A program made the translations under genes and the position numbers. A stretch of DNA of 63,886 bases, filler included, from Octopus bimaculoides (taxonomy: Eukaryota): NCBI RefSeq assembly GCF_001194135.2. It is 9 parts of 9 records of this genome, joined end to end, with 100 filler letters (N's around TTAATTAATTAA, not from the genome) between each part and the next. Parts side by side here need not be neighbours in the genome. Positions count along the whole stretch, not along the records: positions 14,240 to 37,270 come from NC_068994.1; positions 37,371 to 42,227 come from NC_068987.1; 7 more parts are not named here. One strand, given 5' to 3'. Under the pieces are notes generated by a model, which saw nothing but the letters and a program-made list of their open reading frames with translations, made no database searches and was not told the origin of the DNA. Numbering within the stretch: position 1 is the first letter of the stretch; each line of letters starts with the position of its first letter. Of this stretch, positions 25,073 through 37,458 are shown one piece after another.

Positions 25073-25442
25073 AATTGATGTATCAATAGCAGCAGATGAC
25101 AACGTTTCTCGAAAAGAAATGGAAAAACTTTCAAAATACAAAGACCTGGAAATAGAGATAACTCGAATGTGGAGTCTAAAAACAGAAACAATTCCTATCA
25201 TAGTAGGTGCCTTAGGTATAATAAAAAATACTCAGACAAATACATAACAAAAATACCAGGACTTACAAATATATGTAACATACAGAAAATTGCACTACTG
25301 GGTACTGCACACATTCTACGCAAAACACTTTCAATACAGTAAACATAAAAGCACCACAGCAAACCACAGCACATACCCAAGGCGCACAGAGCTGCGCTCG
25401 GTAGTGAAGTGAAAGCACGTTATAAAAATAAAACTACTGAAC
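25071..25442 (+). mobile_element. 5'-truncated R4/Dong-type non-LTR retrotransposon (RLE C-terminus plus 3' UTR) inside (AAT)n
   Basis: Reads LIDVSIAADDNVSRKEMEKLSKYKDLEIEITRMWSLKTETIPIIVGALGII-frameshift-YSDKYITKIPGLTNICNIQKIALLGTAHILRKTLSIQ* (stop 25340-42). (AAT)n lies on both sides. Confidence 0.85.
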
Positions 25443-25513
25443 AATAATAATAATAACATCAGCAAAAATACCTTAGGAATGAGAACCCAGCATTGGGTTC
25501 AAAATTCCACAAG

Positions 25514-25559
25514 GACACCTGATGAAGTCTGCAGAGTAAATCAGCCGAAACGTTGTGGT
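25514..25559 (+). ncRNA. Hammerhead motif (copy 2 right arm)
   Basis: GACAC-CTGATGA-A-GTCTG(CAGAGTAAAT)CAGCC-GAAA-CGTT-GTGGT, with one mismatch each in stems I and II. Confidence 0.7.
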
Positions 25560-28500
25560 AACAACAAGCAAAATGAGTTGCTTTCTGTTGTGCAGTTCAG
25601 CCATGCAATGAAAATAAGATTACCAAATTTTTATGTTTAGCGTAATAAAGGACTCATAATACCAATTAAGATTCTTTGTATAGGCACAAAGCTACAAATT
25701 TAGAAAGGAGGGATTAGTCTAAAGCAACCTAAGTATTATTTGCCTGGAGTTTTGCTCTTTTTGACCCCAGCGCAATTTGAACTCAAAATGCAAGTAGTTG
25801 GCTCAAGTACAAGGCGACTTACCGGACTCTCTAACGATTACAAGTTCACCGCTTTTATTCTACTATAATTCTACACTCGATATTTTAAAATAGTTTCTTA
25901 TTTGCAGAATATCCATTCATACAACGCCCCACTCCCCTCTGTTGATGGTTGTTGTTCTTGCTGTTCTCGTTTTAGTAGTAGTAGTAGTAATAACAGCAGT
26001 AGTAGTAGATGTTGTTGGATGGTGAGCTTATTTAATCCAAGGTCACCTATGACGAGTCAACATCAACAATTATCTCTAACAAATACAAAAACGAAATCAG
26101 AAATTGAAGTCAATTTGCTACGTGCAAATTAGCCATCAAAACGGTATTATGGAGCAAACACATAGTTCGCTTGTCTTTTCAAAGAAGAACACAAGAAAAG
26201 ACTTTAACATCAATAAGGCAGATAGCAAGATGAAAAGGAAGAAATGAACTTAAACGTTTCCAGATGCTTCTAGAAGCTGCAGTAATAAGCTCCACCATCA
26301 TACAGGTAGTCAATACATTGATACCGTAAGCATAAATATCCAAAGTCGACATTCTAAATTTAACTGATTTGAATTTTGAAATTTAATAAGCGTAGGCACG
26401 GCTGTGTGGTTAAGAAGTTTATTTCGTAACTACACGGTTTCAGGTTCAGTCCCAATGTGCGGTACATTAGGCAAGAGTTTTCTACTGTATCCTTGGCCCG
26501 ACCAATTCCTTGTGGATGGATTTAGTAGACGGAAACTCTGCAGAATTACGTGTGTGTGCGAGCGCGTGCGTATTTTTGGGTTTGTTCACCCACTGGCGAC
26601 CGGTGTTTGTTTGTGCTCTCCTAACACAGGGGTTCGACTAACGGCACCAATACAGTAAGTACGAGACTTAAAAAAAGAATAAGTACTGGGGTCGATTTTT
26701 TTTTTCGACTAAATACTTTAATGTGGTGCCCCAACAGTGCAGTACAGTCAAATCACTGAAACAAGTAATAGAGTAACAAAATGCGAAAATAGATAATAAT
26801 AATAACAATATCTGATATACATAAAAAAGTATACTTTCAGTTAGTTGTAAGACAGCACTAAATGACACAACAATTCTTGACATTTGCTAAAATCTAAAGT
26901 TTAAATCTAAAAATGTAAAGTATGAATGATATGAAAAAATATGAATATCACGAAGGAAAAAGATGATGATAGATACGATAAGATGATAAAAATAATGGTG
27001 ATAGAGAAAAAAAACTGTATCGATAATGTGACTGATGAGAATAACAATTCAAACAAATAACATGGTTTATAATTCTTAAATAAATTTTCCTAAGTGCTTT
27101 ATTTACTTAGATGTAGGGGGTTCCCGTGTTGGGTGACGCATACTCCAGTAGGATCAGTCAGTAGTCATCCTCAGTGTAGCGTTCCATTCTCTGAGAAACT
27201 GCCTGAATCGGTTCAACAGACCTAGCTGACCGTCTTCAGCAGGAGACAACCTTTGTCCTGACTGCTGCGATGCTTTTGCACTTTGAATAGTTTTCTTCTA
27301 GAGACAGGACGTTCACCTAAAGCTTAGCTTGCTTTTAAGAAAGAAGCACTAAGCAGGAGCTGTTTCTGTTGACTGCTAGTTGAGGTCCACGAAGTGTAGC
27401 GTGAATCGCTTCGAGTCCCGGACACCTAATCATTGATCTCGTTGATGTTTTTTGAAACTCCTCCGCTCACCCAGTGTTAACACCACCCTTTCATATGCTT
27501 TACCCTTCCAGCTGAGGCGGTGTACTGGGGTGTGACGCTTGGAGCCGGCACACGAAAGACTTAGCGAGTGAGTGTGAACCCTACAATACTGAAACAATGT
27601 GCTGGACACCAAAGTTATTCTCTCTACCCAGAGGCTCCCCACATCACTGCGTGTGCCAAGTAAACAAATTTAGCTTTACCGTGCAAAATAGACTCTAGTT
27701 TAGCAGCAGGGCTCTGCCTGTAAAAAAGTGGAAAACAGCTCAACTAGTTTCGTCAGGTATCTGTAAACTCATAATAAATGTTTATTTCCAGGGAGAAAGC
27801 GTGGTTTACGGCTAATTATTTAAAATGCAATTACCAACACAAACCACTTCTAACCATTTGTATCTCTGCTAATTTACTGGCGGCACATATTAATTCATTA
27901 ACTACACTGCTGTGTAGATAAGTCTCTACATAAATTTATATGCTTAGGTCTAATAAATATGTCTCTTATCTTTTCCCCCCCCCCCCACTTATTTCAGTCA
28001 TTGGACTCTGGCCATGCTGGGACACTGTCTTGAATTTTTGTTTTTAGTCAAAGACATCGGTCTTATAATTTTTCTAAATCTCTTACTCTATTGGTCTCTT
28101 TACCGAACTGCTGATTTACGGAGACGTGAACAAACCAACATTGGCTGTCAAGCGATTGTTCGGGACAAACACAAACACAAACACGCGCACACACAGACAT
28201 GTCGGGCTTCAACACAGTTTCTTTCTACCAAATTCACGCACAAAGCGTTGGTTGGGTCGNNNNNNNNNNNNNNNNNNNNNNNNNNNNNNNNNNNNNNNNN
28301 NNNNNNNNNNNNNNNNNNNNNNNNNNNNNNNNNNNNNNNNNNNNNNNNNNNNNNNNNNNNNNNNNNNNNNNNNNNNNNNNNNNNNNNNNNNNNNNNNNNN
28401 NNNNNNNNNNNNNNNNNNNNNNNNNNNNNNNNNNNNNNNNNNNNNNNNNNNNNNNNNNNNNNNNNNNNNNNNNNNNNNNNNNNNNNNNNNNNNNNNNNNN

Positions 28501-30643
28501 NNNNNNNNNNNNNNNNNNNNNNNNNNNNNNNNNNNNNNNNNNNNNNNNNNNNNNNNNNNNNNNNNNNNNNNNNNNNNNNNNNNNNNNNNNNNNNNNNNNN
28601 NNNNNNNNNNNNNNNNNNNNNNNNNNNNNNNNNNNNNNNNNNNNNNNNNNNNNNNNNNNNNNNNNNNNNNNNNNNNNNNNNNNNNNNNNNNNNNNNNNNN
28701 NNNNNNNNNNNNNNNNNNNNNNNNNNNNNNNNNNNNNNNNATATATGTAACGGACTTCCACACAGTTTCCATCCCCCAAATTCACCCACAAGGCATTGGT
28801 CTATTCGGGGGTGAACCCGAAACCATGTAGTTAAAAAGCGGGCTTCTAAATTAAAATAAAACGAATGTGGTTTTCGTAATTAGCATGCGAAACTACACCA
28901 GTTTAGTAGAACATTTGAACAGAATTGGATACTGTGAACGAAAAAGGATAAGATCTACTGTTAGTAGAGAAGAGCGACGTCTCATTTGACCGGCACTCCG
29001 TCGGTTACGACGATAAGAGTTCCAGTTGATCAGATCAACGAAACAGCCTGTTCGAGAAATTTACGTGCAAGTGGCTGAGTATACTACAGACACACATACC
29101 TTTAACGGAGTTCTCAGGGAGATTCACTGTGACGCAGAATGTTTGAAATACAAGTACTACTCATTTTTGCCAGCTGAGTGCCAACGAGCCGCCGGGAATT
29201 GAACTCACCATCGTGAGATCGTGACTTGAATACCCTAACCACAAAATCACGAGCCTCCACTGCACCATCTCATAAAGATTCTGCGATCTAAGTAGATGAT
29301 ACATAACAAACATGGTGTATAACTTATTTAATAATTCGAACAGACTACATCGACTCCGATGAATAATAACAATCTTTGAAATGGCAATCTTAAATATCAA
29401 AGCAGATTATGGGATGTTATAAGCAATGACTGGGGAAAATTCGATTTCAAACGATATTAATTCTCAATAATATGTGTTCAAATCGTTTTCTTACGACTGT
29501 GATTGTATTCTAGCTGTTGAAAATAAGAAGTTAAATAAACAATATATTGTTACAGAAGATATCCTAGAAAATTGGAAAGCTAAATTAAATCACAGAAACG
29601 ATACTTTTACGTAGCGGAAGCTCACACTTGTTTATCCTTCAAAGAAAATAATAAGAATTTTAATCATGAGATAAGTAAGCAGAGCATAAAAACGTTGAAG
29701 AAATTACCTTTGTAAATATTAGAATCCTTTAAAACAAAGAGTATCCTGGTTTAATAGATTTAAAACGCACAGTATTAGTATAGCATTAGACTCTTTCAAA
29801 GCAACGCTTTTGAAATTCTACTGAACGATACATGGTAATAACATTTAATTTTGCTTCCTAAAGAAGCCATTTTCGAGAAAGAATACAGAAAAAATAGCCG
29901 ATGGTTAGAGAAATATGCGGTAATAAGATATTAAAAACCTGTAATCCGTCGGGTACGACGGCGAGGGTTCCAGTTGATTCAACCAACGGAACATCCTACT
30001 TGTGAAATTAACGTGCAAGTGGCTAAATGACCCACAGACATGCGTATCCTGAACGCCCCTGTTGTTCTTTCCTCTTATATATNNNNNNNNNNNNNNNNNN
30101 NNNNNNNNNNNNNNNNNNNNNNNNNNNNNNNNNNNNNNNNNNNNNNNNNNNNNNNNNNNNNNNNNNNNNNNNNNNNNNNNNNNNNNNNNNNNNNNNNNNN
30201 NNNNNNNNNNNNNNNNNNNNNNNNNNNNNNNNNNNNNNNNNNNNNNNNNNNNNNNNNNNNNNNNNNNNNNNNNNNNNNNNNNNNNNNNNNNNNNNNNNNN
30301 NNNNNNNNNNNNNNNNNNNNNNNNNNNNNNNNNNNNNNNNNNNNNNNNNNNNNNNNNNNNNNNNNNNNNNNNNNNNNNNNNNNNNNNNNNNNNNNNNNNN
30401 NNNNNNNNNNNNNNNNNNNNNNNNNNNNNNNNNNNNNNNNNNNNNNNNNNNNNNNNNNNNNNNNNNNNNNNNNNNNNNNNNNNNNNNNNNNNNNNNNNNN
30501 NNNNNNNNNNNNNNNNNNNNNNNNNNNNNNNNNNNNNNNNNNNNNNNNNNNNNNNNNNNNNNNNNNNNNNNNNNNNNNNNNNNNNNNNNNNNNNNNNNNN
30601 NNNNNNNNNNNNNNNNNNNNNNNNNNNNNNNNNNNNNNNNNNN

Positions 30644-30686
<43 letters not shown>

Positions 30687-30700
30687 ACATACACACACAC

Positions 30701-31000
30701 GAATGACCATGGCATTGCACCTAGAAAGTTCCCGTCCGAGGTAAAAGTTCGGGCAGTGTTGTTTGTGGGAGACCAGCAGTCATCCATACACACCAGTCTC
30801 CCTTCTCCACCCCACTGATGTCCAAGGGAAAAGTAAAGGCCGATACAGCTTGGCACCAAGTGACATCGCAACCCATTTCTACAGGTGAGTGAACGGAGCA
30901 ACGTGAAATAGTGTCTTGCTCAAGAACACAACAGTCCTGTACGGGAATCGAACTCACAACCCCACAAATATAAGCCCGATGCTCTAACCACTGAATCATG
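30701..31000 (-). mobile_element. SINE: tRNA head + CORE-like domain + tail Y
   Basis: Minus: CAGTGGTTAGAGC..GAGTTCGATTCCC..GTTCTTGAGCAAGACACTATTTCACGTTGCTCC, then GGTGCCAAGCTGTATCGGCC..CTAGGTGCAATGCCATGGTCATTC. Confidence 0.75.
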
Positions 31001-31475
31001 TATATATACACACAAGCTTCTACTCAGTTTCTGTGTACCAAATTCACGCTCACGAGGCATAGATTTGACCAGGGCTATAGTAGAAGACACTTGCCCAAGA
31101 TGTTGTGCAATGGGATTGAATCCGAAACCATGTGGTGAACAACTCATTGTTTGATCAACCGATTTACCTGCTCGTAAAATTAGCATATAAGTTTTTTAAC
31201 TACACTGCCATGTCTGAAAGCAAAAATCAAAATATGACAAAAAGCCTATCTAAACGCCATCAGTAGCTTAATGGCAAACAAAAGTCCTCGGCCCATAGTG
31301 AACACCTTTATCAGCTACTTATGGACAGGAGTCCATCTGTTGCCAATATTGCATTAAAATATAAGATTTCTTAGAATTGAAACAACCCTGCTGTTCAAAC
31401 TATTGATATGGACTATGATTTAACATATTTCAAAACCAGATAAAATCAACTTTGAATCTCACAAACAAATACTTA

Positions 31476-31765
31476 TGTGGAGGCGCAATGGCCCAGTGAT
31501 TAGGATCGGAGGATCGTGGTTTCGATTCCCACACCGGGCGTTGTGTGTGTTTATTGAGTGAAAACACCTTAAAGCTCCACGAGGCTCCGGCAGTGGGTGG
31601 TGGTGACCCCTGTTGTACTCTTTCGCCCCAACTTTCTCTCACTCTTTCTTCCTGTTTCTTGAGTAATGCTGCGATGGACTGGCGTCCCGTCCAGCTGGGC
31701 AACACATACGCCATAGAAACCGGGAAAGCCTGGCTAGGCTTTAAAAGGGCGCATAATAAATAAAT
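31476..31765 (+). mobile_element. SINE: tRNA head + central domain Z + V-domain-like segment
   Basis: Same 5' half as 57374, then GCTGCGATGGACTGGCGTCCCGTCCAG (31668-31694), which resembles the V-SINE core (recalled similarity), and an (AAAT)n tail. Confidence 0.65.
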
Positions 31766-33330
31766 AAATACTTATATGTTTTTTTTTTTATACAAAACTC
31801 TTCATAATCCTTCCTGGTATAGGCACAAGACATTAAATTTCGGGGAAGGGGACAGTCGATTACATCGACCTCAGAACACAACTGGTACTTATTTTATCGA
31901 CTCCGAAAGGATGAAAGGTAAAGTCGACCTCGGGGGGAATTTGATCTCAGAACGTAAAAACGGATGAAATGCCGCTAAGCATTTTGCCCGGCATGCTAAC
32001 GATTCCGTCACCTCACCGCCTTCAAAACTCTTAATAATGGTCCATAAAAGGATTTATCAGATAGTATTGTTAACCCATCACTTTTCTCTTCTTTATTTAC
32101 AAACTGCTCTTCAAAAATATTGTTCATTACATTGAGTGAGCATTTACAAAATGCAAATTTTACTTCCTATTGAGCAGAACTAGAGCAAACCCAAATCATG
32201 CAAAATAATTGATCAGCTCCTTATTAAAACTATGTTAGTGGATGATGTAAACAGGCAACAAGAACCAATCATGTGCCGGAAAACTCCAGATCACAGAAAA
32301 CTATTTGCTTTGGTTCCGTACGACTGACTAATCATAATGTTGAAAGTTCACAAATATAATGACACCAAGAACAAGACAAATCCAGCTGTAATAAAACTTA
32401 ACGATACCATATAAATAAAAACCGTATCGTTCTGCGCAGGAGGAAAAAAGAATGTGTGCTTTAGTGGAGCGTAGGAAATTGTTTGTCGATAAATAGGAAT
32501 ATTGCCAACCAACATAGAGGCTGGATTTTACTCTTTAATCCATCAAATACAGTAGGGAAAATATAAAGAAAGCTGAAAGCAATATAGTTGGTTCCATAAT
32601 ACATGAATGTTTTTCAGCTAAACACTATACCTAAAACGAGACTAACACAATATGTACTTATCATCCTGGCGCAGACATGTTTGTGTGGTTAAGAAGTTTA
32701 TTTTGCAACCGTGTGGTTTCAGGTTCAGTCCCACGGCGCAGTGCTCTAGGCAAGTGTCTTTCATATAGCCTCGTTCGAGTAATTGTGAGTGAGTTTGGTA
32801 GACAGCAACTGTGTGGAAGCCCGTCGTATATCTCTCTGCCAATATGTAAGTGTGTGTGTGGGGGTGGTGGGGTGGTGGTGCCTGTGAGTGTGTTCGTTAT
32901 CCCCCACACCACTTTGGTTTCTTTATGTCCCCGTAACTTTAGTAATTCCAGAAAAGGGACCGACAAAACTTTAAAACTGAAAACTTACATAAAAAAAAAA
33001 CATGTGTAATGGCAGTTATTTTATTGATTTCGAATGGATGAAAGCTAAAATTGACCTTGACGATAACTGAATTCAGAACTTAAAGAGCCGGAAAAAATAA
33101 ATTCTTTCTAATTTTGGCAAACGGCCAGCAATTTTGAAGGAAGTGGGCAAGTCGATTACACTGATCCCCAACACAAGGCTGGTACTTTATTTTATCGGCC
33201 CCATAAGGATGATGTAAAAATAACCTCGGTGGGATTTGTTACGTAAAGTGCAAAGAATAATAATGGATTCTAATTTAGGTGCAAAGCCAGCAATTTTTAA
33301 GTGAATGGATTTGTGGATACTATCGACCCC

Positions 33331-33658
33331 GTGAAGGCGCGTGGTTTAGTGGTTAGAATACTCAGCTCATGATCGTAAGGTCGTGAGTTCGATTCCTGGC
33401 GGTGTGTTGTGCCCTTGAGCAAGACGCTTCATTTCACGTTGCCCCAGTCCACTCAGCTGGGAAAAGTGATTAGCATCTGTATTTCGAAGGGCCAGCCTTG
33501 TCACACTCTCCGTCACGCTGAATCTCTCTGAGAACTCCGTTAAGGGTACACGTGTCTGTGGAGTGCTCAGCCACTTGCACGTTAATTTCATGAGCTGGTT
33601 GTTCCGTTGATCGGATCAACTGGAACCCTCGTCGTCTTTATTGACGGAGTGCTAGACC
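33331..33658 (+). mobile_element. SINE: tRNA head + CORE-like domain + tail X, nested in a family A copy
   Basis: GGCGCGTGGTTTAGTGG..GAGTTCGATTCC; GTGCCCTTGAGCAAGACGCTT..CCAGTCCACTCAGCTGG; tail GTGCTCAGCCACTTGCACG..GGAACCCTCGTCG. Minus copies at about 28988-29265 and 29940-30060. Confidence 0.8.
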
Positions 33659-34226
33659 ATCGAGTCCATTTCCTAGATTAATAATTTATCGTATTGACCC
33701 GACCAAAGGAATGAAAGGGGAAAATTGACCTCAGCAGGATATGAACTCAGAAGGTAAGGAACCCGGACAAATACTGTAACAAAAAAGAAAGAAAAAGAAG
33801 ATATTAAGAACAACGGTAAAAAAAAAAAAAAAAAATACAACCAGTGAAAAGAAAAGAGTAAAAATATAGTGAAACTATTTCTAACAAGAAGATAAAAATA
33901 TTATTGTAAAGGGATGGGGAAAGAATAACACAAGAATAACAAAATAAAACGAAATCAAATTCTGGCAATCCTACAGAATATTGTCCAACAAAAGATGAGC
34001 ATGAACGAAAATACGAATACAATTGAATGTAAGATCTAACAGTAGAACTATCTGGAGCTGGAAAAATCTTGTGTATGGCAATAATCTCAAGGTAGAAAAT
34101 GCCTAAAGAATTACAATCGAAAGACGATCTTGCTAGGAACCAACGTATTGATAGAAATAACAACCAAACAATAACAACGACAACAACAACGACTATGAAG
34201 ACGAACGCAACAACAACAACGACAGC

Positions 34227-34275
<49 letters not shown>

Positions 34276-34278
34276 GTA

Positions 34279-34341
<63 letters not shown>

Positions 34342-34404
34342 GTAATAATAATAGTAATAATAATAATAATAATAATAGTAATAATAATAGTAATAATAAT
34401 AATA

Positions 34405-34440
<36 letters not shown>

Positions 34441-34696
34441 NNNNNNNNNNNNNNNNNNNNNNNNNNNNNNNNNNNNNNNNNNNNNNNNNNNNNNNNNNNN
34501 NNNNNNNNNNNNNNNNNNNNNNNNNNNNNNNNNNNNNNNNNNNNNNNNNNNNNNNNNNNNNNNNNNNNNNNNNNNNNNNNNNNNNNNNNNNNNNNNNNNN
34601 NNNNNNNNNNNNNNNNNNNNNNNNNNNNNNNNNNNNNNNNNNNNNNNNNNNNNNNNNNNNNNNNNNNNNNNNNNNNNNATAATAATAATAATAATA

Positions 34697-34751
<55 letters not shown>

Positions 34752-34777
34752 TAATAACAATAATAATAATAATAATA

Positions 34778-34828
<51 letters not shown>

Positions 34829-34831
34829 GTA

Positions 34832-34877
<46 letters not shown>

Positions 34878-34885
34878 TAATAACA
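34227..34885 (+). repeat. Long (AAT)n microsatellite spanning a gap
   Basis: Direct reading. Other large tracts: (AGAT)n 305-392, (CT)n 42149-42227, (CA)n 43957-44060, (AGAT/AGGT/AGAC)n 62060-62260, (CAT)(CAC)(CGT) 56930-57030, (ATT/ATC)n 63294-63886. Confidence 0.98.
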
Positions 34886-35100
34886 ATACTAAAACAGTGA
34901 GCCACCAGAGACATACTAGAAACTGATCAAACTCCAATATGAAAACTAACCAAGATAAGTCAACTAATCGATGCACAGCTGCTGCGTGAGATATTGGTTG
35001 CAGTGTGATAGTTAATGATAATTGGCCATCAGTAGCCTGGCCTACATTTGAATGCGATTCATGGATGTGTATGCATCTGTGTGAGCATGTGTATGAGTAC

Positions 35101-35132
<32 letters not shown>

Positions 35133-35341
35133 GCATCAACTGCGGCAGTAGCACCAGCAGTGACAGCAGCAATACTGTTTCGAACATATGAGAGGTATTT
35201 CCATATGGGCCTTATCTGAGAATTACAAAAGGTTAAATCTGATTGGTGTGGACTATTTTCTGGCTGTAAAAGAATAATCTTTGTCATTGGAACGATCTTT
35301 GTGTGTGTGTGTGTGTGCATGTGTATGTGTGTATGTATATA

Positions 35342-35418
<77 letters not shown>

Positions 35419-36252
35419 CTGTTACTTGTTTCTGTCATTTGACTGCGCCCATGCTGGAGCACCGTCTTGAAAGTTTTCAGTCGCAGGAATCGACTCCAGG
35501 ACCTATTCTTTGTAAGCCAAGTAATTATTCTTGGACGCAAGGTTATTGTTGCTATTGTTGTTTTAACCTAGGTCAGCCTGCATCAAACTGACCTATGACC
35601 AAACGCATTCCGGCACTCACAGTTCCGCCCATCTTCTATGCACAGAGAAACAACGACCATATTATCAAATATATTCATTTCTGAGACGATGGGTGTGATT
35701 TGAGGATGACTTGGTTATTATTTCTGACCTGTCGAGAGACCACAAAACGCATCCACTCTGCACAGTCACATCATTCGTATAACGTGTGTAGAATAACCTG
35801 ACACCATGCGATAGATACCTGTGTGAAGAGCAGAAGATAGAGGAGGAATGAAGGTTAATATCCCCACATAGAAACGTGTGTATTTATGAGGTGAAAGCGA
35901 GTATGTTTGTAGCGTATAGAATGAAGTAAGACTGAGGGGAGACCTCCCTGAACGCGAAGTACACCGTAGCTGATAAAATGTAATAGATAAGATAGAATTT
36001 CGTCGGTATGCGCAGTAATGCTTCCTGATAGTAATATCTTCAATATAGGAAGTGGGATAGTCAAAATGGCTGATGGTTGGTAATTAGGGGAATGTTAGAG
36101 ACAGCAGATACATTTAGAAGAATGGGAATGAGGGTGTATGTACTTAACTAGAAGTTAATATGAGAAAGGAAAAGAAGGAGAGAGTGTGTGAATGTATATA
36201 TTATATACCAATCACTATTACGTGTGTGTGTATAGGCACAGACATAGCCGTG

Positions 36253-36290
<38 letters not shown>

Positions 36291-36658
36291 TGTGTATACG
36301 CATGCCTATGTATATATATATATATATATATATATACACTTATTAGTATGTAGGGGAAGTAACAGACTGATTCATGGTCCGAGATTTTCGTGCGTGGCAC
36401 ATCACTGTTACTTCCGCTAAATATACATATACTTATATTTTGAGTTCTATTTTCCGGATTCCACCAACATGCCTNNNNNNNNNNNNNNNNNNNNNNNNNN
36501 NNNNNNNNNNNNNNNNNNNNNNNNNNNNNNNNNNNNNNNNNNNNNNNNNNNNNNNNNNNNNNNNNNNNNNNNNNNNNNNNNNNNNNNNNNNNNNNNNNNN
36601 NNNNNNNNNNNNNNNNNNNNNNNNNNNNNNNNNNNNNNNNNNNNNNNNNNNNNNNNNN

Positions 36659-36698
<40 letters not shown>

Positions 36699-36897
36699 TA
36701 CTTACATGATACATATATATGTGCGTGTGTGCGTATGTGTGTGTGTTTGTGATAAAAAATATTTTGTACAAAGCGGCTCAGTTATAGGATAAATAAATAT
36801 AGGTATTGAAACATTACAAGGCGTGTAAATGCGTAAACTGATAAACGAAACGTTCCTATCATACATGTCTCTTTGTTGACTGATAAAACGGGGAATC

Positions 36898-36939
36898 CCT
36901 GACCCGAGTTTCGGCTTCAATTGAAGCCTTCTTCAAAGG
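36898..36939 (-). ncRNA. Type I hammerhead motif, third family, GUC cleavage triplet
   Basis: Minus strand CCT-TTGAAGA-A-GGCTTC(AATT)GAAGCC-GAAA-C(TCGG)GTC^AGG. Perfect 6-bp stem II, 2-bp stem III with tetraloop, C3>U in the core. Confidence 0.6.
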
Positions 36940-37370
36940 TCATCTTCACAACATTCTCTCCGCAGAGAACTACGCAGCTAATGCTTGTTTAAGAAGTTGA
37001 TTTAATTTCGGCTTTGATTTACTATGGAACGGCTCTTCGCACTAGTCGGTCGATATCTTCTGAGAGAAATTTCTTCAATGGAAATTGTGCGTAAGGTCTT
37101 TACTGTGGTTATGTAGCTCGCTTTGCAATTACGTGGTTTCAGGTTCAGTTCCATCGCGCAGCATCTTCGGTAAGTGTCTTTTGCTATAGTCCCGGGTCGA
37201 TCGACCAATGCTTTCTGTGTGAATTTCCTAGACGGAAATTGCGTGGAAGCACGTCGTGTGCATATATATANNNNNNNNNNNNNNNNNNNNNNNNNNNNNN
37301 NNNNNNNNNNNNNNTTAATTAATTAANNNNNNNNNNNNNNNNNNNNNNNNNNNNNNNNNNNNNNNNNNNN

Positions 37371-37414
37371 CGGTAGTGAAGTGAAAGCACGTTATAAAAA
37401 TAAAACTACTGAAC

Positions 37415-37455
<41 letters not shown>
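37371..37455 (+). mobile_element. Dong 3' end with (AAT)n tail (5' part in gap)
   Basis: cggtagtgaagtgaaagcacgttataaaaataaaactactgaacaataataat is identical to 25399-25450. Confidence 0.85.

Positions 37456-37458
<3 letters not shown>

Larger units (their letters stand above)
24769..25575. mobile_element. Palindromic tRNA-head/hammerhead element (copy 2, opposite orientation), interrupted by a Dong fragment
   Basis: Left arm 24769-25000 is inverted relative to right arm 25443-25575. B-box remnant GAGTTCAATTCC at about 25008-25021 on +. The terminus GTTCTATATTT matches the copy 1 terminus AAATATAGAAC (5380). Confidence 0.75.

Noticed and set aside
35925-35960. Degenerate hammerhead-like GACTGA-GGGGAG-AC-CTCCCT-GAACGCG
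   Set aside because: Both core halves need insertions to fit, which is too degenerate to call.
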